This document shows, one piece after another, positions 28,262 to 37,673 of a stretch of DNA of 64,000 nucleotides (the first letter of the stretch is position 1; each line of letters starts with the position of its first letter). The stretch is from a virus: the IMG/VR virus record IMGVR_UViG_3300025696_000001, positions 1 to 64,000 of that record; one strand, written 5' to 3'. A program made the position numbers and the translations under genes. The notes under the pieces are model-generated. The model did no database searches, was not told the DNA's origin, and was given only the letters and a program-made list of their open reading frames with translations.

Positions 28262-31200
28262 ATGAGTTGTAATACACAAACAAATACAATAAACTACCTT
28301 AAGAAAAAGGAGTTAATAGAAGACAATAGAAACGTACCTATTGATAAGCGTGAAGCTTTTGATGCTGAAAATGAACGTCTTACAGAATATGCTAAGACTG
28401 ATAAAGGTATTGACATGGGTCCACTGTTTACGGTTGAGAATAAAGAAATTAAAAGATCTGGTAAACAAGGTACTGTTATTATTAATAGAGCTAATCCTAA
28501 TGTTAAAGCATTTGAAGCTATTGAAGCATTTAATGAAAAGTCTAAAAAAAATAATCAAACCTTTGAAAAAAGATTAGAGGAACAACAGGAAAGTAAGATA
28601 CAATATAAAGAATTTTTATTTGATAGTACAAAAAAGTCTATAGCTCCAACCAATGAATATCTACCCAGTGAAAGAGAGCAAAATAGAGTTGATATACTTA
28701 ATAAATTGTTTGATGGTACTACTAATCCAACTACAGCTAATAAGTTTCTTAAAAACCTTTATAGCAATGGTGAAATAGATATTAATGAAGAAGGTATGGA
28801 ACTTATTAAATCTATGCTTCCTACCAGGTCTAAGATTGTATTTACTACTTCTGATAAAATGAAAGTTAGTAAATATTCATATGCTGAATATACTATAGAT
28901 AATAATACAATATCCATTAATCAAGATTTAATGGTTAAAGGTAATTTGTATTTTGCAATAGAATCTATATTACATGAAATAGCTCACGATAGATTTCATA
29001 AAGCACTTAGTCAACCTAAGACCAATAAGCAAATTGCATTTAGAAATAGTATGGTTTCCAGCTATGAATTCTATAAGAGAAATCTTGAAATAGATCCTAA
29101 TAATAATGATGATTATGGATTTACCAATGTAGACGAATTTGTATCTGAAATACTTACCAATAAAGCATTTAGAGATAAGCTAAAAACAGCTGAATCAACC
29201 AAATCAATATGGGATTCATTTATAGACGCTATTAAAACTTTGTTTGGACTAGGTGCCTCACTAAAAGTAAATGAAATATTAGACTCTATTATTGATTTAG
29301 CTCAAACAGAGTATAATGAAAATACTGAATCACCGTTAAACAAAACTTTTGCAAAACAGGTTAAGACACAAAGTGATATTAAAGTTGATCTTGAAAAAGA
29401 ACTAACCAATGTTAAAGGATTACTTACACGTATTTACGCTACTTTAGAAGCTGTTAAAATGAAGACCGCAACTAAAGAAGGTGAAAAATACAAAGGTAAA
29501 TATAAGGATATTCAAGAATTACTTAATGATCTAAAGACAGCATCTTCTAAAGAAGCTGTATTAAACTTTATGGAATTTTCTGTAAGAGAACTTAATAATT
29601 TGCATAAAGGTATTTTAAAGCAAAAAAATCCAGATGCTGGATATTTAAGTAGATTTAAGGCTTATATGAGTGTATTTTCAAACAATCAAGAAATACGTGA
29701 GATACTTGAAAATCTTAAAGCATATGGTAAGATATCAGATGCTGAATATAACAAAATAGATATTGCTCTTAATCAAGCTGTTGCTAAATATAATTCCATT
29801 GATCAGATTATAACGAATAAAATGAAAGATGTGGTAACTAAAATATACGCACCTCATAATAAAAGGGTTGATACTAAATATGAAGAACTTTTTAAAGCTG
29901 AATATAAGCAAAATAAACCTATTGGTATAACTGAATCAGAATATGTAAAACAACAGTTAGATGATAATTATGATGCTATAATGGCAGAAAAAGAAAAGAA
30001 TATTCGTATTGGTCTTAATATGATGAATAAGGATATAACATCTGCAGAATTTGCATTATTTACTGAAAAAGATATTGATAATACCTTTTTAAGTATAATG
30101 AGTGAAAGAATTGATGATTTAGATAAAAAAGTTAGAATGGTTGGTATGAACGTTAGGAATAAAATTGCTACTGCTACTAAAAAAGCTAATTTACAAGGTA
30201 GATCAAGTAAAAGTGTTCATAGTTTTATGCTCGATCTTACTAAAGACAATTCTTATTATGTAACTAAATATAAAGGTAAATTTAATGATAAAATTGAGTC
30301 ATTTCAACAAAGATTATCTGAAGAAGAATTTGGTTCTAAAAAATATAAGAAAATAGAGAATGAAAGAAATAAATGGATAAAAGAAAATTCTAAAGGTGGA
30401 ATTCCAACTAGTAAATGGTTAAATCCTAAGTTTAATACTATGACTAATACTCAAAAAGAGTATTATGATACTATGATAGATCAAATGAAGGAAAATAACA
30501 AGAAGACTAATGGTAATAATAGTTTATTTAGGCAACCTATAGAAGATGGTCCTGTATTCATTAAAATGCATGGTATAACTCAATCCACATCTGATAAAAT
30601 ACTTAGTGGTGAAGCTGGAAATGCTGTTAAAAAAGGATTTGGTGATTTATTTAAAATAAGAAAAGATCAAGATGAATTTGGTCAAATGGAAGATGAATCA
30701 TTTTATGAAAGAACATCCACTGATTTAAATAATAAAGCAGTTAATTCTATTCCTATATTTTATAGAGGTAGAATAGAATCCAATGATCAATCATTTGATG
30801 TGGGGACTATGGTTGCTATGGAATCTATTATGGCTGAAAATTATAAACAAAAGAAAGTAATGGAAGCTGAAACTGATATTCTTCTTCATGTTCTTGCTAC
30901 AACGAAAGTACAAAAAAGAACTACAATGATGAAAGCTCTTATTGGTAAATTTAGTAAAGATGAAGACGTAGATAGTACAGTTAAGGAAATTGGTATAAAT
31001 ACAAATATCTATAAGAAAATTAAATCTGTTGTAGAAAATAGAATGTATGGTATTACAGATGTATATGCAGGTAAAATATTGGGTAAAAATATTAGTGTAA
31101 ATAAAATATCCAATTCCATAGCTGGATTTACTGCTGACTTACAATTAGGTCTTAACTGGCTTACTGCTATTCCTAATGTTGTGCAAGCTAAATTACAAAA

Positions 31201-32437
31201 TCTTATTGAAGGTATAGGTGGGGATATTTATACAATAAAAGATATTAAAAAAGCAGAACAAATTTATTTTGCTGACATTAAAAATATAATGGATGATGTA
31301 GGATCTTATACTAATAAAAGTAAAATTAATATATTACTTGAAACATTTGATGTAATGGGAGATTTTAGTGCTGTTAAAAATAAGTTTGAAAATAGAACCA
31401 AGCTTAGATCATTAGCAAGCAAAGATAGCATACATGCTTATAACGCAATGGGTGAACATTATGCTCAATCTACTTTAATGCTTGCTATAATGAATGGTGT
31501 TAAAGTAAAAAATGCTAAAGGTCAATTTATAGATTCTAAAGGTAATGTAACAACTAAAGATAAAGCAATGTCTTTATATGAAGCTTATGAAAAGAAAACA
31601 GATAAAGACGGTAATGTAACACTTGAATTGAATAAATTAGCAGACCATACTTCTCATAGTTCTCAAAAACTATCTGAATTGGGTGAAATACATCATCAGC
31701 AATTAATAAGAAAACTAACTATTAAATTACATGGTCAGTATGATACTAAATTTCAATCTCATTTACAGAGATCTTGGTACGGTAAAGTATTTTCTATGTT
31801 TAAAAAATGGATGGTACCAGCTTATCAACGTAGGTATAAAGGTGTAATGTATTCACTTAAAGATTCAAGTGATCTTACTGATGAACAAAAATTCTATGAC
31901 TATGAAATGGGTAGATTTGATGAAGGTATCTATACTAGCTTTATAAGATTTATCAAAAATGGATTTTTTCCAGCAGTTAAAAATCTTAACTTAGAATTAG
32001 CTAAAACAAATTGGAGTGAATTAAGTGATATGGAGCGTTCTAACATACGTAAAACCATAGCTGAGTTGATGATAACAGGTATGATGATTACAGCTGCTAT
32101 GTTAACCTATGCTGCAGCAGACGATGATGATGATGAATTATTGTTTACACTTGCTTATGTATTTAGAAGACAACAATCTGAATTTATGCAATTTTATCAT
32201 CCAGCTGAAAACTTACGTGTATTTAGATCACCAGCAGTAGCTTTAAATACTGTAGAAAAAACATTTTCGTGGATGCAGCAAATAATGCCCTGGGCAATTA
32301 CTGAAGAATATGAAAATGGTAAAAATAGAGGTGAATATAAATCTTGGATTAAAACTAAAAAACTAATACCTATTATGGCACAGTTTGAACGTAGTCCAAA
32401 AGAACTGTTTAATTTCTTAGAGAATACTACAAACTAA
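28262..32437 (+). CDS. Giant virion protein (1391 aa) with a zincin HExxH motif and a C-terminal TM segment
   Basis: ESILHEIAHDRFH (HEIAH at 28973-28987). Hydrophobic MITGMMITAAMLTYAAA followed by DDDDDE. Last gene of the plus-strand block. Confidence 0.6.
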   Translation: MSCNTQTNTINYLKKKELIEDNRNVPIDKREAFDAENERLTEYAKTDKGIDMGPLFTVENKEIKRSGKQGTVIINRANPNVKAFEAIEAFNEKSKKNNQTFEKRLEEQQESKIQYKEFLFDSTKKSIAPTNEYLPSEREQNRVDILNKLFDGTTNPTTANKFLKNLYSNGEIDINEEGMELIKSMLPTRSKIVFTTSDKMKVSKYSYAEYTIDNNTISINQDLMVKGNLYFAIESILHEIAHDRFHKALSQPKTNKQIAFRNSMVSSYEFYKRNLEIDPNNNDDYGFTNVDEFVSEILTNKAFRDKLKTAESTKSIWDSFIDAIKTLFGLGASLKVNEILDSIIDLAQTEYNENTESPLNKTFAKQVKTQSDIKVDLEKELTNVKGLLTRIYATLEAVKMKTATKEGEKYKGKYKDIQELLNDLKTASSKEAVLNFMEFSVRELNNLHKGILKQKNPDAGYLSRFKAYMSVFSNNQEIREILENLKAYGKISDAEYNKIDIALNQAVAKYNSIDQIITNKMKDVVTKIYAPHNKRVDTKYEELFKAEYKQNKPIGITESEYVKQQLDDNYDAIMAEKEKNIRIGLNMMNKDITSAEFALFTEKDIDNTFLSIMSERIDDLDKKVRMVGMNVRNKIATATKKANLQGRSSKSVHSFMLDLTKDNSYYVTKYKGKFNDKIESFQQRLSEEEFGSKKYKKIENERNKWIKENSKGGIPTSKWLNPKFNTMTNTQKEYYDTMIDQMKENNKKTNGNNSLFRQPIEDGPVFIKMHGITQSTSDKILSGEAGNAVKKGFGDLFKIRKDQDEFGQMEDESFYERTSTDLNNKAVNSIPIFYRGRIESNDQSFDVGTMVAMESIMAENYKQKKVMEAETDILLHVLATTKVQKRTTMMKALIGKFSKDEDVDSTVKEIGINTNIYKKIKSVVENRMYGITDVYAGKILGKNISVNKISNSIAGFTADLQLGLNWLTAIPNVVQAKLQNLIEGIGGDIYTIKDIKKAEQIYFADIKNIMDDVGSYTNKSKINILLETFDVMGDFSAVKNKFENRTKLRSLASKDSIHAYNAMGEHYAQSTLMLAIMNGVKVKNAKGQFIDSKGNVTTKDKAMSLYEAYEKKTDKDGNVTLELNKLADHTSHSSQKLSELGEIHHQQLIRKLTIKLHGQYDTKFQSHLQRSWYGKVFSMFKKWMVPAYQRRYKGVMYSLKDSSDLTDEQKFYDYEMGRFDEGIYTSFIRFIKNGFFPAVKNLNLELAKTNWSELSDMERSNIRKTIAELMITGMMITAAMLTYAAADDDDDELLFTLAYVFRRQQSEFMQFYHPAENLRVFRSPAVALNTVEKTFSWMQQIMPWAITEEYENGKNRGEYKSWIKTKKLIPIMAQFERSPKELFNFLENTTN

Positions 32438-32460
32438 ATTTTAAATTGTAAAGTCTAAAA

Positions 32461-32497
32461 AAATCCTCTAACCTTAACTGGCTAGGGGATTTTTTTA
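32461..32497. terminator. Bidirectional intrinsic terminator at the convergence point of the two gene blocks
   Basis: 10-bp stem AAAUCCUCUA / UAGGGGAUUU, 12-nt loop. A-run upstream and T-run downstream. Confidence 0.7.
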
Positions 32498-32573
32498 TAT
32501 TTAAGAAGCAACACATTGATTGTCAAACCAACCGTCTTCTTCCATCTTATCTAAATACTCTGTTTTCATATTA

Positions 32574-32909
32574 TTAAATTAAGGTTGATAAATAAGCTCC
32601 TAATATAAAACCTATAGTTTTAGGTAAAGGAAATATTACATTTCTACCAAGTTTAGTTACATATTTATTTCTATTAAGAATTTTACTTTCTATTTGATAA
32701 TGTGAAAATAATCCAATAAAAAATAATATTAAATTAATTAATACGTTATCACTATTTTTTACTGCAAAAACAAATAATGTCAAAAATGCAATACTTGTTC
32801 CTCCTGTAAAACCATATAAAAAGTTTACAAAACTATGTTGTAGTATCTCTTGCCATGATACATCTTTTGCATCAAGAACTTTTCTTTTTTCTACTAAAAA
32901 TCTAGTCAT
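32574..32909 (-). CDS. Small multi-pass membrane protein
   Basis: Three hydrophobic segments: FTGGTSIAFLTLFVFAV, LINLILFFIGLF, IGFILGAYLSTLI. Confidence 0.55.
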   Translation of the reverse strand: MTRFLVEKRKVLDAKDVSWQEILQHSFVNFLYGFTGGTSIAFLTLFVFAVKNSDNVLINLILFFIGLFSHYQIESKILNRNKYVTKLGRNVIFPLPKTIGFILGAYLSTLI

Positions 32910-33135
32910 CTTTGATTCCTTTTAATAATACTTTACCTGTAATATTTAAACTATATCTTTTAATATTCCAACCTTCAAAAGAAACATTTACTAAAGGATT
33001 CCATCTACTACTCCAAACTCTACTTTCTTTATCTGTATTCTTTATCCAATTATAAACTTTAATACATTCTTCAGCATCTTGTCTATGATCAAGCTCTCTA
33101 AGTTGTTTTTCTAAATGGTTCATTAATTTTCCCAT
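32902..33135 (-). CDS. Hypothetical protein (77 aa)
   Basis: ORF with TAG stop, overlap-coupled to both neighbours. Confidence 0.5.
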   Translation of the reverse strand: MGKLMNHLEKQLRELDHRQDAEECIKVYNWIKNTDKESRVWSSRWNPLVNVSFEGWNIKRYSLNITGKVLLKGIKDD

Positions 33136-33407
33136 TATGAGTATTTTTTAATTAAATGTTGTTCTTTTTTGTTAATTTCAGCTTGTACTTCTTTTTTACC
33201 AAATACTTTAATCATATAGTCAAGTCTTATACGTGCATGTGCAAGCTCTTCTGTAATTTTATCATCTGATACTCCAGCTCCCTTGTTTAAACGTTGCAGA
33301 AGTACTGTAGTAGCTTCAGTTAGTTCTTCACAACACTTTGCAATGTTAAATTTAGGTTTATTGTTTTTTTCAAGAAGTACACGTACTGCTCTACTTGTCT
33401 TTACCAT
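33135..33407 (-). CDS. Small all-alpha protein, possible MazG/HisE-type NTP pyrophosphohydrolase
   Basis: KCCEELTEATTVLLQRL ... ITEELAHARIRLDYM resembles the EExxE...D helices of the all-alpha NTP-PPase fold. Weak call. Confidence 0.35.
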   Translation of the reverse strand: MVKTSRAVRVLLEKNNKPKFNIAKCCEELTEATTVLLQRLNKGAGVSDDKITEELAHARIRLDYMIKVFGKKEVQAEINKKEQHLIKKYS

Positions 33408-34386
33408 ATATTTTTTCTTTAATTATTTCTAACAATTCATTTCTTTGTGATCTACCATTATTATAACGGTTATAATCTGGATTAGCTGTTTTATAAACTT
33501 TAGCTATATCCATTAAAGAAAGTACAGGTTTGTTGTAGATTATATATTCTTCTGCATTACCTGTGTCGTAAAACCATTTACGATTTTCTGGAAATTTAGT
33601 AAAACTAGGTCCGTGAAAATGTTTAGTTTTTAAAATATCATGATCTGTTGATAATATAGAAACACCATAAAGAGTTTCTTCCATGTTAGAGTATAATTCT
33701 TTACCATCTTCAGTAGTCATTACTAATTTAGGTTTTTTAGAATCAATATATTCTTGAGTAGCTTGTTTTGTTGAAAAATAAATCATATTTAAACCATGAC
33801 CTTTCCAATTATAGTAAATAAAACCTGATATACTAGTACGATTTTTATATCCACCATAACATTTATCATCTTCAAATATATCAACACCGTCTTCTGTTAT
33901 AAATAATGGTTTTTTAACGTGTTTAGCTTCTTTAATTTCACGAATAAAAGTATCTTCTTTATACTTATTGTTCCCTAAACCATAATGCATTTTATTGTTT
34001 TTTATTAAAAAACTAGTTATATGTATAGCTTCTATAAAACCAGAATTTAACTCATCACCAATAGTAAATACTTTACCATCTGACAATCTTTTTACAGATT
34101 GTATAGATACTCCTTTATTTGTAAAAAATGCATCTTGAGTTATATTCCAAAAATTATCATTTTTATTAATTATACCTGTTGAAGTTTTAAAAGACAATAT
34201 TTTATAATCTTTTTCAATAATTTCTTGCCAAAATTCTGGATAATCTTGTGGAGTATTAACACCAGATTGAAATGAATTAGATCCTACTTTATACATATAA
34301 TGAGTACTAAACTCAGTATGTTTTTTAATTTCAGTTCCAAGTTTTAAACTACCTGGATATTCTTTGATTAATTTATACTTTTTCAT
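33391..34386 (-). CDS. Hypothetical protein with internal repeats (331 aa)
   Basis: Two clear repeats of about 65 aa: KP-x-x-x-TEDG-x-(D/E)-(I/L)-(F/Y) ... (Y/W)F-x-T-x-x-x-A-x-EYI. Confidence 0.6.
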   Translation of the reverse strand: MKKYKLIKEYPGSLKLGTEIKKHTEFSTHYMYKVGSNSFQSGVNTPQDYPEFWQEIIEKDYKILSFKTSTGIINKNDNFWNITQDAFFTNKGVSIQSVKRLSDGKVFTIGDELNSGFIEAIHITSFLIKNNKMHYGLGNNKYKEDTFIREIKEAKHVKKPLFITEDGVDIFEDDKCYGGYKNRTSISGFIYYNWKGHGLNMIYFSTKQATQEYIDSKKPKLVMTTEDGKELYSNMEETLYGVSILSTDHDILKTKHFHGPSFTKFPENRKWFYDTGNAEEYIIYNKPVLSLMDIAKVYKTANPDYNRYNNGRSQRNELLEIIKEKIYGKDK

Positions 34387-34493
34387 TGCATTACATACAT
34401 TACACTGTTATTAATATTTAATGCTATTGCATTATCTTGTGTTATAAAATCCTGTGGATCATTATATAACGTTTTTTCAAATATATTCATTTT

Positions 34494-35435
34494 TTAAAAA
34501 TTATTTGGGTGAATTATATGAGGAGAATTTATCATAGTTTGAGTATAACCATTTATCATTCTTTGTTGATGTTCTTGCTGTTTAAGTTTTCTTATTCTTA
34601 AATCAAACTCTTTTTGAGTTTCATTTATTTTTTTATCATATTTATTAGGCATTTGATAAGTACGTTCAAACCTTAAATCTCTTGTTTGTTCTTTCCAAGA
34701 TAATGGTCTAGGTTTTACAGGTTCTTTTATTTTACTAATATAATCAGATTGAGGTCCGTTATAATTAATTGTATCACGTAATTGATCATATACAGATCTA
34801 CCTATAATTCCTCGGCTTATCCAACTATTATCAGGTTGAAACCATTTTTTATAATATTTATCATTTAATTTAAACATTATAATAGTCATAGATGATCCAT
34901 TACTATTTTCATAAGGAGTTTCAAAATGAATAGTATGAGATTTTTTAAATACTTTATATATATCTTTTATTACTGCTGTTTGAATATCTACTAAAACCAT
35001 CTTTTTACTACCATATTTAGTAAATTCTTCTATAATTTTTAATGAATCTTCATTATTTATTAATGCTTGACTATTAAATATAGATATCCATTGACAATTT
35101 TTAGTAGGAGATTTAATTGCTCTAATAGGATTTGATCTAGTATTAAAGTTCTTGTATATACTAGTATCATTATTATTTCTAGTAACTTGTGGTTGTTCTC
35201 GAATTTGCTCTACAATACCTCTACCTACTTGAGGTTGGTTTTGTTGTTGTACAACTTGTTCTAAATGTCTAACTACGTCAGCTTGATTGTTAAATCTTAT
35301 TCTTAATCTACTGAGCTCGTCATTTAATCTAATGTTATTACGAAGCACACGTTCATTCTCTCTAATAACACCTTCAAATGTTAATTCATAATCAGATAAA
35401 AATATTTTAATTAACCATTTTATAAATTTTTTCAT
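34494..35435 (-). CDS. Hypothetical protein (313 aa), N-terminal hydrophobic segment plus coiled coil
   Basis: Uninterrupted ORF with TAA stop. No motif recognised. Confidence 0.6.
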   Translation of the reverse strand: MKKFIKWLIKIFLSDYELTFEGVIRENERVLRNNIRLNDELSRLRIRFNNQADVVRHLEQVVQQQNQPQVGRGIVEQIREQPQVTRNNNDTSIYKNFNTRSNPIRAIKSPTKNCQWISIFNSQALINNEDSLKIIEEFTKYGSKKMVLVDIQTAVIKDIYKVFKKSHTIHFETPYENSNGSSMTIIMFKLNDKYYKKWFQPDNSWISRGIIGRSVYDQLRDTINYNGPQSDYISKIKEPVKPRPLSWKEQTRDLRFERTYQMPNKYDKKINETQKEFDLRIRKLKQQEHQQRMINGYTQTMINSPHIIHPNNF

Positions 35436-35453
35436 ATTTTATTTTAATTAAAA

Positions 35454-35473
35454 AGCAGGCTGTTACACCTGCT
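35454..35473 (-). terminator. Intrinsic terminator after the small MazG-like gene
   Basis: Minus-sense hairpin AGCAGG-UGUAACAG-CCUGCU followed by UUUUUAAUU. Confidence 0.55.
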
Positions 35474-35478
35474 TTATT

Positions 35479-35661
35479 TTATAGTTCTTTAATTGCTCGT
35501 TTTAAGTAAAGAGCTTGATCTAATGTTTCTTCATAAGCGTGTTGTAGTCATTGTTTATGGTTTAGATCTGTACGATCCAATGTTACACCATACTTTTTGA
35601 TTCCAACTTCACTACGTTGCTTTAGATCAGCTCTAACGCTTTCTACTATTTGGTCTGTCAT
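35479..35661 (-). CDS. Small MazG-like / dNTP-pyrophosphohydrolase-like protein (60 aa), one in-frame TGA
   Basis: MTDQIVESVRADLKQRSEVGIKKYGVTLDRTDLNHKQ[TGA]LQHAYEETLDQALYLKRAIKEL. The pattern R..G..KYG....W...A.EE..D..YL is typical of small phage all-alpha NTP-PPases. TGA at 35548-35550. Confidence 0.55.
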
Positions 35662-35747
35662 CTACTTTCTTTTTTATTTTAAGTCTCTTGAGCCAGCCTG
35701 TGCTGTCAAGATGTCTATAATGCTGTCTTGCTTTCATTGTTTAAATA

Positions 35748-36938
35748 TTATTGTTTTATATATTTAATGCAATCATATATGCTGTCATGTTCAATAACAT
35801 TATATGCATTAATGTTGCTAATCATTCGTTGATACCACTTTTCTTCTTGTGTACCTTTAGTTACAAGTATAAACAAGCCACCCGTTTCCTTATTGTCTTT
35901 TCTGATACGTCCAGCACGTTGTATTAAATCCTTTTCAGAACTGTAATACGACATTGCTATTACATTATCTAAGCCTTTAATGTTGGCGCCTTGTTTTAAT
36001 ACTTTAAAACTAGCTATTTCTTTTAATTTACCATCTTCAAAATCTTTCCTTATTTTATCATTTACATCGGAGCTATTCCTCGACGATATAACGTTCTTTG
36101 TTACCTTTGATAAGGCATCTAATGAATTACCAAATATTATGGTATTTTTAAGGTGCGGAAGTAATAAATTTATAGCATTTACTTTACTTTCCAAATTATA
36201 TAGAAGTGTTGCACGTTTGTTTATAGCAATGCGAGCAAACAATTCTTGTTTTGATTTATCATCCACAAATTGACTTTGCATTAGTCTTTTGGACCAATAG
36301 CTATAAGCTTCTTTTTCTGTTTGATAAAATGGTTTTTTGATACTACCAGCTTTTACTGTTTTTTCTATCTCTTCGAGCTGGTTATATATGATATGTATAT
36401 CTAAGTTTCTATTTAGATCATCTTCTCGTGCATCGTCAATAGTATATCTATATATTATAGGGCAATACTTGTTAAGATATGTGCCTTTATTTATAAGATC
36501 CCCTGTTCTGGTTTCATACTCTGTTTTGACATCTATCTTTGCTGAAAGACCTATAATAGCTTTATACTTGTTGTTTTTATAGAAATTGGAATATGATGGA
36601 GTGAGACTATCATGGATCTCATCTGCAATTATTAAACCGAATTCTTTACCTTTTCACTTATATGCTGACTGATAACAATAAAACTTAAGGTTATAAGATT
36701 TCATTGTATCTACATTATTTAACTTATCAAAGAGAGATATAGATTTTAATAAATCTTTTTCTCGTTCTTTAGTTTCAGCTAAATAAAGGTGTAAATCCTC
36801 ATTAGGATTCATTGAATGCAAAGCAAGCAATGCTATAAAGGTTTTTCCAACACCTGTACTTACCTCTACTGTACCACATTTACCAGCAGCAATTCACTTA
36901 TCTCAAGCTTCTTTCTGGATTTTATTTCTTTTATCCAT
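35748..36938 (-). CDS. SF2 (DExH) helicase, 396 aa when three in-frame TGA codons are read through
   Basis: Motif I STGVGKT, motif II ADEIH, motif VI QRAGRIRK. The N-terminal 219 codons are joined to track ORF 35748..36281 only if the TGAs at 36903-05, 36894-96 and 36654-56 are sense. Confidence 0.8.
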
Positions 36939-36974
36939 GCTTATGTTTATTAAGTTTGGTATGAAGCTTAAACA

Positions 36975-37142
36975 CTAATCCCAATATGTATTTAAGCCTA
37001 TTGTTTTTAGCGCTATAAACCTTTCTACGTCTTGAGAGCAATAAGAACCCTTTTCCATAGACTGGGTCGTTGTTCATTTCTGGAAATTCTCCCATATTAA
37101 ATTATTTTTTTGTAGCATTTCTACTACTTCTTGTTTAATCAT
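36975..37142 (-). CDS. Small hypothetical protein (55 aa), tentative, one in-frame TGA
   Basis: The ATG overlaps the upstream stop (AATGATTAA). Ends in TAG. TGA at 37074-76. A competing 48-aa basic ORF in another frame cannot be excluded. Confidence 0.25.
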
Positions 37143-37257
37143 TACTTTCTTTTTTTAATAAGAAAATAATACTATTAATTTCAGATACTTCATCTGAACC
37201 AAGTCTATCGCTCCAATCTAACATTTGTTGAAGTCTTTGTATAGCTTTTTTATTCAT
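37135..37257 (-). CDS. Small hypothetical protein (40 aa)
   Basis: MNKKAIQRLQQMLDWSDRLGSDEVSEINSIIFLLKKESND. The ATG sits 3 nt after the upstream stop. Confidence 0.3.
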   Translation of the reverse strand: MNKKAIQRLQQMLDWSDRLGSDEVSEINSIIFLLKKESND

Positions 37258-37259
37258 AA

Positions 37260-37673
37260 TTATTTTTTGATAATATTAAAAACATCTCTTTTTTTATCAT
37301 TTATTCTTTTAAATTTTTGTTTATAGTTTGATGAAATTACAGATAATCCAGTACAATGAGTATTTTTATTTATCATATTTAATTCTCTCCAGCAATCATC
37401 AAAATGAAAATGAAAATCACCTAAATAATTAAATTTATCTTCAAAATTAGTAAACCGTATATTATTACGATCTATTTTTAGCTTATCTGATATTTTAAAT
37501 AAATCATCATTGTTCATATCAGGTCTATTCCATTGAAGATCAGGTCTTTCATATCTACTTGTAGTTATGTAAATATCATAGCCTTTTCTAATCAAACTAA
37601 AACAAAAATCCTGAACGTCTTGTCTTGAAAGAGTACTGTCAAAATCAAAACTTATCTTATTTTTTTTATTCAT
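37260..37673 (-). CDS. HAD-superfamily phosphatase (possible 5' nucleotidase)
   Basis: Motif I ISFDFDSTL (DxDxT) near the N-terminus, motif II ITTSR, acidic motif HFDDC. Start taken at ATG 37673. Confidence 0.65.
   Translation of the reverse strand: MNKKNKISFDFDSTLSRQDVQDFCFSLIRKGYDIYITTSRYERPDLQWNRPDMNNDDLFKISDKLKIDRNNIRFTNFEDKFNYLGDFHFHFDDCWRELNMINKNTHCTGLSVISSNYKQKFKRINDKKRDVFNIIKK

Noticed and set aside
32501-32569. A 22-codon ORF (MKTEYLDKMEEDGWFDNQCVAS) between the last minus-strand gene and the convergent terminator.
   Set aside because: It is too short to support from sequence alone. It is noted in case ribosome profiling becomes available.
34368-34490. A small ORF (MNIFEKTLYNDPQDF...) whose TGA overlaps the next ATG (CAATGAAA). 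This is the one place where TGA could be acting as a stop.
   Set aside because: The case is ambiguous. With TGA read as Trp it simply runs five more codons to a TAA. The ORF is itself unverified, so it neither supports nor contradicts the recoding call.
35690-35737. A sigma70-like TTGACA ... TAAAAT pair, and a 33-codon basic ORF (MKARQHYRHLDSTGW...), upstream of the small MazG-like gene.
   Set aside because: The spacer of about 22 nt is too long for a sigma70 promoter and the host is probably Bacteroidota. The mini-ORF overlaps the MazG-like start and has no supporting features.
36932-37078. An alternative 48-aa ORF (MNNDPVYGKGFLLLSRRRKVYSAKNN...) that starts at the ATG overlapping the tentative TGA at 37074-76 and ends overlapping the helicase ATG.
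   Set aside because: Its highly basic, low-complexity composition is typical of off-frame translation in AT-rich DNA. I kept the other frame, at low confidence, but cannot exclude this one.
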